Below, one piece after another: positions 56,901 through 64,000 of a stretch of 64,000 nucleotides of DNA; the first letter of the stretch is position 1, and each line of letters starts with the position of its first letter. The notes beneath the pieces are model-generated. The model searched no databases. It saw only the letters and a program-made list of their open reading frames with translations, and had not been told where the DNA came from. Origin of the DNA: Porphyridium purpureum (lineage: Eukaryota). The DNA lies in the NCBI GenBank assembly GCA_008690995.1, contig VRMN01000008.1:62001-126000 (forward strand), given 5' to 3'. A program made the position numbers and the translations under genes.

Positions 56901-58262
56901 CTCGCGCTTCTCGGCGCGATCGAGCAGTGTCGGGAACGCAGCTGAAGCGAGACGGCAGACGTTGAACGCGCGGCGGGATGCTTCTCCGTCTATATCGCGG
57001 CACATTTCCTTAATGCGCGGCCAGAAGCGCTCCAGAAATGTGCCAAGGATGGTGCGCAAAGACTTAGTTGGGTCCAGAAAATCTGAAAGCACGCCTAGTG
57101 CCGCCTGCCGGATGGTCGCGGCTTTGTCGCTGAGCAGCCAACCGCAATACTTGAGGCACGAGTCCGTCAGGTACATGGTGGGGTACGCAATCACCCACGA
57201 ACCCATGGCTTTGATCGACAACGCGCGAATTTCTGGCACGGCATCACGGTATCGCAGCACAAAGACGCCGGAAAACACGCTCTCCATGAGCTCGTTCAGA
57301 CTGTCTATACGCGACATGATAAGGTCGCGCGTTGCATCCAGCGCGCTTGTGCTCGTATCTGCCGCTTCTGAGCGTGTATGGCCGTGGGCTTGAGGATGCC
57401 TTTTCGGATTCGCGCCCGCGCTACGCGAGTGCTGCTCCAAAGCAGCTAGCTGAGAATCCAGGCGCTTTCGAACTCCAATGAACCCAGTCATCATGTGGTA
57501 CGATGCGAGGGTCGCAACATAGCGCAAGGGCCGCGAGCTCGCCACCGACATGCGCTGAAACCAGGTCAGAACCGTATCTACCGCATCCGACTCGAACAAG
57601 ACATCTTCTGGGCAGTCGAGCGGAATAGTGGCCCACCACAGCGCAAAGGCGGCCTGGAATTTTTTGGCGTCGCGATCCTTGGCCTGTAGCATGATACCCT
57701 TACCCACATCGTCCAGCGCAAGCACATCGCACATTTTATACACGTATTCGTCTGGATTGTCGCTCAGGATACTCGCCGAGTTCACGAGCGCCGCATTCGG
57801 GCCATTCCGTGCCGACGTCCGCACCGCTCCCGCTTCTGAAACCGCTGCGCGAAACACAAGTTCCACCAGCTCTGCCACGGCCGCGGCGCCAGACGATACT
57901 AATCGCTGGAGCCACTCGGCGACGCACGCCTTGACCTCGACGTCTGAATTCTCCACCTTGAGCCGACCGAGCAGCGTTGCTGGGCCAGGCACTTTGTGCT
58001 TCTGCGACTTCCCTCCGCCCGCAGCCTCGTGCAATGCCGCAGCATTCTTCTTCCTCTTTGCGCCTGGCCCAACTGGCGGCTTTGCGCGTCCAGGCGCGTG
58101 CGCCCTTGCTGCGATGTCTGCGACGGGTGCGTCTGACTCACGACCGCTTGCTTGTTTCACCCCCGCATCCGTTCCCTCGCCGCTCGAACGCAGCGCCGCC
58201 GCGCGCGCAGACCGCCGCGGCGGCGCGGCCGCCTCTGCCTCCATGTGCACGTCCGCTCCCAT
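53904..58262 (-). CDS. SCC3: Cohesin subunit SCC3/STAG
   Basis: STAG domain SRPLRYVATLA; SCD VFSGVFVLRYRDAVPEIR...W...YP..YL.DS.LKY.GWLLSDK...IR; FLERF..RIKEM..DID. Confidence 0.92.
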   Translation of the reverse strand: MGADVHMEAEAAAPPRRSARAAALRSSGEGTDAGVKQASGRESDAPVADIAARAHAPGRAKPPVGPGAKRKKNAAALHEAAGGGKSQKHKVPGPATLLGRLKVENSDVEVKACVAEWLQRLVSSGAAAVAELVELVFRAAVSEAGAVRTSARNGPNAALVNSASILSDNPDEYVYKMCDVLALDDVGKGIMLQAKDRDAKKFQAAFALWWATIPLDCPEDVLFESDAVDTVLTWFQRMSVASSRPLRYVATLASYHMMTGFIGVRKRLDSQLAALEQHSRSAGANPKRHPQAHGHTRSEAADTSTSALDATRDLIMSRIDSLNELMESVFSGVFVLRYRDAVPEIRALSIKAMGSWVIAYPTMYLTDSCLKYCGWLLSDKAATIRQAALGVLSDFLDPTKSLRTILGTFLERFWPRIKEMCRDIDGEASRRAFNVCRLASAAFPTLLDRAEKRELCMLFFLADHAPTRSAAAELFLAGSEVSSSATVLIEEVGAMIGECGKAPDQIARAAEVAVNAFAAYSDALFDWRAYRELLLDGHRSRGGAHKKDKTHTEAEQVSVSAPASAVALSQDAASSSRRRSTRTSFGSFGGSTSASQSQSHSTAAASASASAATAEGKKKEEELVTLALLGAACGYIRGRADLASSGENEDALAFMSRYLGEMVVPLLEHFQSETQGILLVLRLLNFIQLDQLEKSKKRSRADQKQSQLCRFLVEHVNKLGAHKPLIIACVGSLNLLAQTHEAPVLSRECQSALTTLAEEASRSLHALCDNLGKDAAAALAIDGRRHVGAQEQEEYVSVTVTRSILFRTEAIIAYEAYLPGLESSFDDALEILRLLTTTATTHGTASPAMSTARNVASIAKETDALQSIVRICYWLFLWSMNALHGLLCGESASSSSRTRGEEALAALVDQKRKLLDGYHGVLIQQSERKPDRADALSHSGQNEEAYFDLCTATIQCALNVLIVAFAFVRLPTIDQALLEGNFDRTDVRELGSVAKNHPFLPSMVSQFVHWMLSDTVDEHEGELDDEAEEEEQSMGDKVVSRDVVRASLVGLLVRAGSSGVLPMSFMYAPLMFVSKNYFGEQISDIAKSFHNDLRARAMETDGNEDSESNLASLQVAALYSMHVHGDEEGALLRNLALSFVARSVTFRKSSSANHELEQLATALSKFCLADADGIALSASSGEGSSHGRRLDGNRMAELRRRLRMLEVAGCAIVNRLSEQAAEHLWQGIQALLPDAVLEKVDKDAVLRPLRAFRNALARGTAAVAILGRRKRRVDNEFDQDEDAFPPSIPPTPAKRRSARKVTSGRPKSQNVGSDLDSSASEGHEELTGERRGRVALKRHRNSAPGVSGGARPLSPRVLTSIPTDSVSRSELSLNLESPGFLDEEEDSTAQILQREHSSELALSFSSELMQSIEQTPMAASLSGKQDERGDERDEEKENQLSASLISRKRRRW

Positions 58263-58389
58263 CCGTCCTCAATCCCACATCTTCCTGCCTCATCCCTCTT
58301 GCGTCCACCCTTTCCTCTCCCCCCGACGACTTCGACTGCTCATGGCACCTTTTCATACTAAAACACACTCCTTTTATAAGACATTTTGC

Positions 58390-58468
58390 GGCGCCAAAAC
58401 GAGAAGGAAAAAAAAAACGCGCACGCGCGGCGCGTGTGCGTTTTGGTTACGACGTTTTGGCGCCAAAA
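58390..58468. promoter_or_regulatory. Two E2F-type sites flanking an inverted repeat upstream of SCC3
   Basis: GGCGCCAAAA at 58390-58399, palindrome TTTTGGCGCCAAAA at 58455-58468, inverted repeat at 58414-58444; matches the E2F consensus TTTSSCGC. Confidence 0.6.
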
Positions 58469-58501
58469 AAAAAAAAAAAAAAGGGTGTGTCGGCTAATGG
58501 A

Positions 58502-60700
58502 TTACGACGGCATGTTCAAGAGCAGCGCCGGTGAGCTGAGCGGCGCCGCGGCGACCAGACGGGAATGCGCGTGGAGCACGGCGTCGAGGATCGTGCGCGT
58601 GTGCGCGCTGGACACGCTGGGTTCGCGGAGGTTTCGCAAGTGCTGCGCAACAAAGTATGGCTTGTCGTCGTCGTAGCACCGCGGGAGCGTCACGACCAGA
58701 CCTGCGTCGCTCGTGGCCCGGTACGTGGATAGGCGTTCGTCCCAGAAGAGCCGGTCCAGGCCGGCCTGCAGGTGGGACGCACGGTCAGTCCATGCGTGAC
58801 GGCTCTCATCGTCCTCGCTGACGCGGGCCAGCGCCAAGCACGCGGAAATTGCCCACACATAGTCATCGGCTTGCGCAAGGTCCGCAGAAGAGGCGACCAC
58901 GCGATGCTGATCCGGTGCAATTTTGACTGCGCGCTTCACTGCCAAATGCGGACCCTGCTCGTCAAGCAAGCTGTCTGTGAGAAACCGCGCGGCGTACTCG
59001 ATGCGTTCGAGCAAGTCGCTCCGGCCTTCATCCAATTCAGCGTGCGCCTTGCACAGAAAGCAAATCATCATACAGTGCGTGGTGGTCAGAACCGAGTCAT
59101 CGCGTGCGCATGGAGGACGGGTTCGTCGCTGAGCGAGCAGCTTGCTCCGTGCCCGATCCAAGCACGCGCACTTGCTTGCATCCGTTGCATCATGCTGTCC
59201 GACCTGCCGCCTCGGCAGATTCTGCCCTTCATACAGTCCTGCGTTGGTGGGAGGAGAAACGCCCGCGAACGATGACGATAGAGTCGCATCGACAAAACCC
59301 AAGTTACCATACTGAGATATTCCGTACGTCGCGCAGAATGTTTTGTACTCCTCGCTCGACGGCGACAGGACCAACTGAAGCTCAAAGTCTGACCACAAGA
59401 AATGCGCGCCTTCGACGCGCGTGCCTGCTTCCACGCCGTACAGCATCATGCTGTCCGAGTCCTGACCCGCGAAGTAAGTTGCTGCGTCGACGCTGTCACT
59501 GCCTGTCTTTACACATACGCGCAAGTCACGATCACAATACTGCAGCGTCTGGGTGACGCAATCACATATCAGCGCGTCAAGATTTGGATCCTTCAAAGCA
59601 AGATCTAATTCGCTGCGGCACTCAAGGAGTGCAAGACCGAGTAAGGCTTGATCGCTGAGCGCCTTTTCAAAAATCGGAATTTGGAATTTACGGTCCACCG
59701 CGCGGAAGAATCCCCCGCCGATGTGGTCAAACAATGCCCCGCAAACAATGCTCGAAAGCGTGTGCGTGACCATCTGCTCCGCCTTACTTGCATAAGATTC
59801 CGCACCTCCACATTGCGCGGCGTGAGCCAGGGCACATAACAGAGATGGACGCATGAATTTGTATGCACCCTGATCCTCCTCATTCGATAAAAAACCACCG
59901 TACGCACCGTCAAAGCGCTGCTCAGCCGCGTCCACCAGCTGCTGCAATAGCGTGTGCTTGTCCATGCTCTCATCAGCTCCTTCTCCTCGTGCATGAGACC
60001 CGAACTGTGACTCAAAATACTGTTGCAGGCCGACACAATTCCTGTTTGCCTCGGCAACCACCGTGCTCGGCTCGGCCTCCCATTTGGCGTGAATGTTCCG
60101 GAGAGCGGGCAAGAGACGATCAGGGGGCAGGAAACCGGCACCGACAAAAGGCTGCAGCTCGTGCGGATCCAAGAACACGGTGAGTGGCCAATTGGAAGAG
60201 CCCAGAATCGCCTGAACGAAAGATGACATGAGCATATCAACGTCTGCGTGCAAATTCTTGTCAACCTTGACGGGTAAGAAATTCGCATTGATGAACTCGG
60301 CAACCTTCGGATCTGCAAACGCCGAATCGTCCATAGCAACACACCAACGGCACGTCGTATAGCCAACTGAAACCATCACCATCTTGCCCAAGGCCGCTGC
60401 CTCGCGAGGGAGGTCGGGGCCCCACTTCCGCCAATGCACGGCGTGCCTGGCCAGATTTGAAAGATACGGTGAGCAGTCGTCCTCACTCAGCCGCCGGATA
60501 TTTGCACTCGATGGACTTACGCTCGTTGACATGCAAGCAACGTTGACCAATGCTGCGCGGCGACCGCCTCGGCGAGAATCCGTTGCCGGTCGTGCAGATC
60601 CGTGCACGCGCCTTGCCGAGCAGGTGCGCGAGTCAAAAGATCTGCGCTCGACGCGACCAAAGTCACCACCCGAACGGCAGAAAAAGATTGACGAGGCCAT
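58502..60700 (-). CDS. SPATA20/YyaL-like protein (thioredoxin-like domain plus alpha/alpha toroid), possibly organelle-targeted
   Basis: SPYL..LA.HAVHW..WG, SVGYTTCRWCVAM, NANFLPVKVD, WPLTVFL.P, DHIGGGFFR, IPIFEKALSDQA, EGAHFLWS, DDYVWAI. Confidence 0.9.
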   Translation of the reverse strand: MASSIFFCRSGGDFGRVERRSFDSRTCSARRVHGSARPATDSRRGGRRAALVNVACMSTSVSPSSANIRRLSEDDCSPYLSNLARHAVHWRKWGPDLPREAAALGKMVMVSVGYTTCRWCVAMDDSAFADPKVAEFINANFLPVKVDKNLHADVDMLMSSFVQAILGSSNWPLTVFLDPHELQPFVGAGFLPPDRLLPALRNIHAKWEAEPSTVVAEANRNCVGLQQYFESQFGSHARGEGADESMDKHTLLQQLVDAAEQRFDGAYGGFLSNEEDQGAYKFMRPSLLCALAHAAQCGGAESYASKAEQMVTHTLSSIVCGALFDHIGGGFFRAVDRKFQIPIFEKALSDQALLGLALLECRSELDLALKDPNLDALICDCVTQTLQYCDRDLRVCVKTGSDSVDAATYFAGQDSDSMMLYGVEAGTRVEGAHFLWSDFELQLVLSPSSEEYKTFCATYGISQYGNLGFVDATLSSSFAGVSPPTNAGLYEGQNLPRRQVGQHDATDASKCACLDRARSKLLAQRRTRPPCARDDSVLTTTHCMMICFLCKAHAELDEGRSDLLERIEYAARFLTDSLLDEQGPHLAVKRAVKIAPDQHRVVASSADLAQADDYVWAISACLALARVSEDDESRHAWTDRASHLQAGLDRLFWDERLSTYRATSDAGLVVTLPRCYDDDKPYFVAQHLRNLREPSVSSAHTRTILDAVLHAHSRLVAAAPLSSPALLLNMPS

Positions 60701-60912
60701 TGCAGTACCCAACCCTTAGCGACAGACGCGCACGAGCCAAAGCTGTTCCCTGCCTTGCGTTCCTTCACTTCGACCGCAGCCTCACCACTCTAGTCGAACG
60801 CTGGCTCCGTTCTTGGCACACGTGCGACTCTCGGTGAGATTTCCCAGTGACGTCCGAGATTTAATTGGGAAGTGGCCGAAACATGACACAGTGAATGTCT
60901 ACCGTTTGCTGC

Positions 60913-63900
60913 TTACTTACCGCCCTTCTTCTTAGTCTTACGCTTATTGACAGTCCAACCGTCGCCCTGCGACGACGCCGCGGCCGCAGCGGGTGGAGGC
61001 GCCGACGTGCTTGACGCTGCCGTCGGCAGCGTCACCGGCGCGGCCAGACCAGTGGGTTCAGTAGGTTTTGCCGGCAGAAGACGCGGGTTCCAGCTTTTCT
61101 CAAAGCCCATACGCTGGAACAGCTCCAGTGCAAACTTTCGCGTACGATCCGATGCACCCAAGTACTCCTGCACATAGTCTGTGACCTCAGCTTGGGTACC
61201 GCAAGTCATAAGAAACTCGACTAAAGTCGTGTCTCGGCTGCCCGTCAGCGAATTCATCTCATTCTCACACCACGTCTTGAATTCTGGGCTCAGCTGCGTT
61301 CCGAACGCAGAGCCGCTCCCTCCAGTGCCACTCCCTTTTGATGCAGATGCAGCAACATTGCTGCTCGCCTGCGCCGCTGATGCTGTCGCCGTGGACGACG
61401 AGTCAGCAGACCAGTCCGTGGCTGCGCCCGGGAGTGGATGCGAGGGTTGCGCGCTTGTACTTCTTCCGGACAAACCGACGCTCTTGCTCGCCGCGTTCAG
61501 TGCAGAAGTTGACGTACTGCTTGTATCTGCCTTGCCCGAAACAGACGGACCTGAACCTAATCCTTTGGCACCGACAACCGCTGCCCAACCCCCACCACTG
61601 CTACCACCCGCACCGCCCACAGGCGTGCCGCGCGCCGCGGCCAAACGCCTTTTTGTCTCCTCTTCTGCGCGGATCTGGTCTGCGAGGGACACAACCGATA
61701 CTGGCTGCTGGCCGCCTGGGACGGCCCATGCCCCGCCGCCGCCAAGAGATGAATGCTGATCCGGCGGAGGCACAGACTTCAAGCGCGCAGACATTGACTC
61801 GGCACCACCACGCTGCGGTGCATGGTGGTTACCAGAGGATGACTGTGAGCCCTTTTTGCGCTCTTCCTCTTGAATTTCAAGAAGGGAAAGCCCCTGCTTT
61901 GCTGAGATGACTGCCGGTCCTGATCCCCACGGAGACGCTGATGATGACCCGGTTCCGGAGCTGCCCTGCGCGACCTGCTGTGCCTGCATAGCTCGCTGCT
62001 TTGCTTCGAGCTTGCGCTGCTCTGCTTGCCGCTCGCGTTCCCGCTCCTCCTCTTCACGCTGAATTTCAAGAAAGGAGCGATGATCTAGCTGTCCGTCACC
62101 GGCCCACGGCGCGGTGGGTGCTACTCTTGGCTTCGGACGCTCTGCAGTCGATCCTCCTTTCTGTTGCTCCTCTTGCGATACCCGCTCAGCCGGTGCCGCT
62201 CCAGAATTTGATCCAGCCACGGGCTTCATTCGCTGCTGAGACTGCTGAGACTGCTGAGGCTGCTGCTGCTGCTGCTGCTGAGATTTTCGTTGTTGCTCAT
62301 GCTGCTGCGAGGATGCCTTATTGTTTTTGGGCTTTGGATGCCTCGCAATAGACCAATCGTCTTCGAGTGCGACGTCCAGCGCAACGGCCGGACGATCCGG
62401 ATAGTTCACATTTGGGTTCCCAACGCCTCCGCTGTCACCTCCGAGAGTTGAAGGATCCATTTCCATTGCAAATGGCGTTAAATCACGCAGTCCCCCTGGA
62501 ATCGTGGATACGGAAGTGTCACGCTGCCTTTCAACGGCATTGGTGCGTTTCTGCTTTTCTCCATGAGGCTGCTCTTCGATAGGTGCGCCGAGTCCAGGAT
62601 GATGATCCTCGCGTTCCGTGCGGCGGACGGAATCGCCACCCCCGGTGCCATCATTGATGCCTGTTCCCTGCGCCAGACGCTCAAAGATACCAATCGGCTT
62701 GGCCGCTTCCCAATTCGATTGAACCTGCGCTTGCGATTGACTGCTTTCCGGTTTTATCCCATCCATCCTCCCCAAAGCACCCATCAAAAACTCACTCCCG
62801 CCCCCGTAAGCAGAGGCTGCAACGGCCTGGTTTAAATTTGGATTCGCGGGTCGATGATGAACGGATGCATGCGCAATGGCCGGGTCCAAGGCCATCAAGG
62901 CGGCTGCCGGGTCTCCAAACGACGGCAAGGCGCCCGGTCCCCGGGCCGCTGACGCAGTATCCGCACCGCCACCTCGCAACGTACTCAGTAAGTCAATGTA
63001 CGCACTGCCGCCACCCGCGACTGCACCGGAGATCGGACCGGCCGAAACCGACGCCACGCTTCGTGTGGTGTCTGAAGACGGCATGACTGGTACTTGTGCT
63101 GGCAAAGAAGACGGCACGAAACCTGGAGGTAGAATAGAACCACTCTCGTTCATGGATGGCGGCGGCACGAGCGCAAATGCGTATCGCAATTCGCGAAACT
63201 CGGGGCTCACATTCAGATTGTCGTCGGCCACGCTCTTCACCATCAAGGTATCCGTATAAAATCCGGCGTGCAGCCACTGCATAAGCTGCCCTGCGGAGAA
63301 TGGCCCCTGCACCATCTCGCGAGGGTCCAAATACACCCAGACACTCCGTGGGTCATCCACAATACGTTGATGCATTTCGGCGAGCCGCCGTCGAAAAAAG
63401 TCATCTTGGTGCTGCGGGTATTGTTGCATCTGTGCGTGCAAATACGGATTCTCCAGGTGCGGCGATTGTACCCGCCAAGCGTGACGCTGATCAGCAGTGT
63501 AGTCACTTGCTCCTTGCAAAGGATCTGGATAGTCTGCTGTCGACACTACGCTTCCTGCTTGAGGTGCAGCTAGCTGCACGTCGCCGCCCGCACCGGCGCG
63601 ATGAGAGGAAGTATCCTCGACCCGCTGTTGCAGCCCCTGCGACGTTTGCGAAGGTTGGGAAAAGGGCTGCGCGTGAGACTGCTCCCGCGGAGACGTGTCT
63701 GGTGCGGAACCCATATTCGAGCGCACGGGACGCGTCGAGCTAGAGATCCCCCCCGCTGACGTCCCGCTCGTGAAAGCCGATAGATCGCGCGTATTGCGTG
63801 GCAAAAAGTCCAGATTGTGCGATGCACTGCTTCTTCCGCTGGCAGCCTTGCTACTGTCTTCGAGAGTCGCACTAGTGCCGTTCGATGTTTCGTCCACGGA

Positions 63901-64000
63901 TTTCAAAGCACGGAAATCCTTCATTCCCCCGCGAAGCGGAACAGGTGGATTCTGATTCTGGACAGACGCCTGCGGGGGCACGCTGACACTTGCCACTCCT
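60913..64000 (-). CDS. GYF-domain protein (GIGYF/Smy2/EXA1-like); 5' end may lie beyond the window
   Basis: WVYLDP..MVQGPFS...LMQWLHAGFY...LMVK is a GYF domain; repeated S(F/L)LEIQ.EE motifs; C-terminal F..WCE.EM..LTG..DTTLVEFL...YLG......KFA.EL. The frame is open to the window edge; first ATG inside the window is at 63924. Confidence 0.88.
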   Translation of the reverse strand, partial: GVASVSVPPQASVQNQNPPVPLRGGMKDFRALKSVDETSNGTSATLEDSSKAASGRSSASHNLDFLPRNTRDLSAFTSGTSAGGISSSTRPVRSNMGSAPDTSPREQSHAQPFSQPSQTSQGLQQRVEDTSSHRAGAGGDVQLAAPQAGSVVSTADYPDPLQGASDYTADQRHAWRVQSPHLENPYLHAQMQQYPQHQDDFFRRRLAEMHQRIVDDPRSVWVYLDPREMVQGPFSAGQLMQWLHAGFYTDTLMVKSVADDNLNVSPEFRELRYAFALVPPPSMNESGSILPPGFVPSSLPAQVPVMPSSDTTRSVASVSAGPISGAVAGGGSAYIDLLSTLRGGGADTASAARGPGALPSFGDPAAALMALDPAIAHASVHHRPANPNLNQAVAASAYGGGSEFLMGALGRMDGIKPESSQSQAQVQSNWEAAKPIGIFERLAQGTGINDGTGGGDSVRRTEREDHHPGLGAPIEEQPHGEKQKRTNAVERQRDTSVSTIPGGLRDLTPFAMEMDPSTLGGDSGGVGNPNVNYPDRPAVALDVALEDDWSIARHPKPKNNKASSQQHEQQRKSQQQQQQQPQQSQQSQQRMKPVAGSNSGAAPAERVSQEEQQKGGSTAERPKPRVAPTAPWAGDGQLDHRSFLEIQREEEERERERQAEQRKLEAKQRAMQAQQVAQGSSGTGSSSASPWGSGPAVISAKQGLSLLEIQEEERKKGSQSSSGNHHAPQRGGAESMSARLKSVPPPDQHSSLGGGGAWAVPGGQQPVSVVSLADQIRAEEETKRRLAAARGTPVGGAGGSSGGGWAAVVGAKGLGSGPSVSGKADTSSTSTSALNAASKSVGLSGRSTSAQPSHPLPGAATDWSADSSSTATASAAQASSNVAASASKGSGTGGSGSAFGTQLSPEFKTWCENEMNSLTGSRDTTLVEFLMTCGTQAEVTDYVQEYLGASDRTRKFALELFQRMGFEKSWNPRLLPAKPTEPTGLAAPVTLPTAASSTSAPPPAAAAASSQGDGWTVNKRKTKKKGGK

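Noticed and set aside
60911..60925. GTAAGT donor-like site at the end of the GYF gene suggesting a further exon
   Set aside because: An in-frame TAA follows immediately, and no plausible acceptor or exon was found before the SPATA20 start.

Overview
Gene-dense, GC-rich, intron-poor eukaryotic nuclear DNA from a phycoerythrobilin-making alga. It is most likely a red alga such as Porphyridium; this is inferred from nuclear pebB, chlP, TAB2 and HPT genes with plastid-type transit peptides and from very short intergenic gaps. About 30 protein-coding genes are supported: DHCR24, plastid Rossmann-fold protein, RPS9, THP3/LENG8-like, DBP2, HGH1, 3-hydroxybutyryl-CoA dehydrogenase, 2OG-Fe(II) oxygenase, TCAB1/WRAP53, RPAP1, orphan, AK6, NSUN2, chlP, HPT/VTE2, EMC4, CAMK-like kinase, CHMP1, NDT-type carrier, TAB2, pebB, MRPL11, ITPK1, secreted orphan, coiled-coil orphan, SLC25 carrier, PDX1, SCC3, SPATA20 and a GYF protein. 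Four GT-AG introns were reconstructed by hand. No rRNA, tRNA, CRISPR array or intact mobile element was recognised. Most notable signals: (1) a GAGGTACAG/GTAC motif clustered in most divergent promoters; (2) a head-to-head chlP-HPT pair encoding consecutive tocopherol steps; (3) a 1149-nt DBP2 intron at the conserved autoregulatory position; (4) an in-frame TAA at a conserved Tyr position in NSUN2; (5) start codons only 17 nt apart and tandem gaps of 35-53 nt that suggest overlapping or bicistronic transcripts; (6) a symmetric E2F-type promoter upstream of SCC3. Family calls rest on recalled motifs, not database searches. Start codons were moved to the most plausible ATG.
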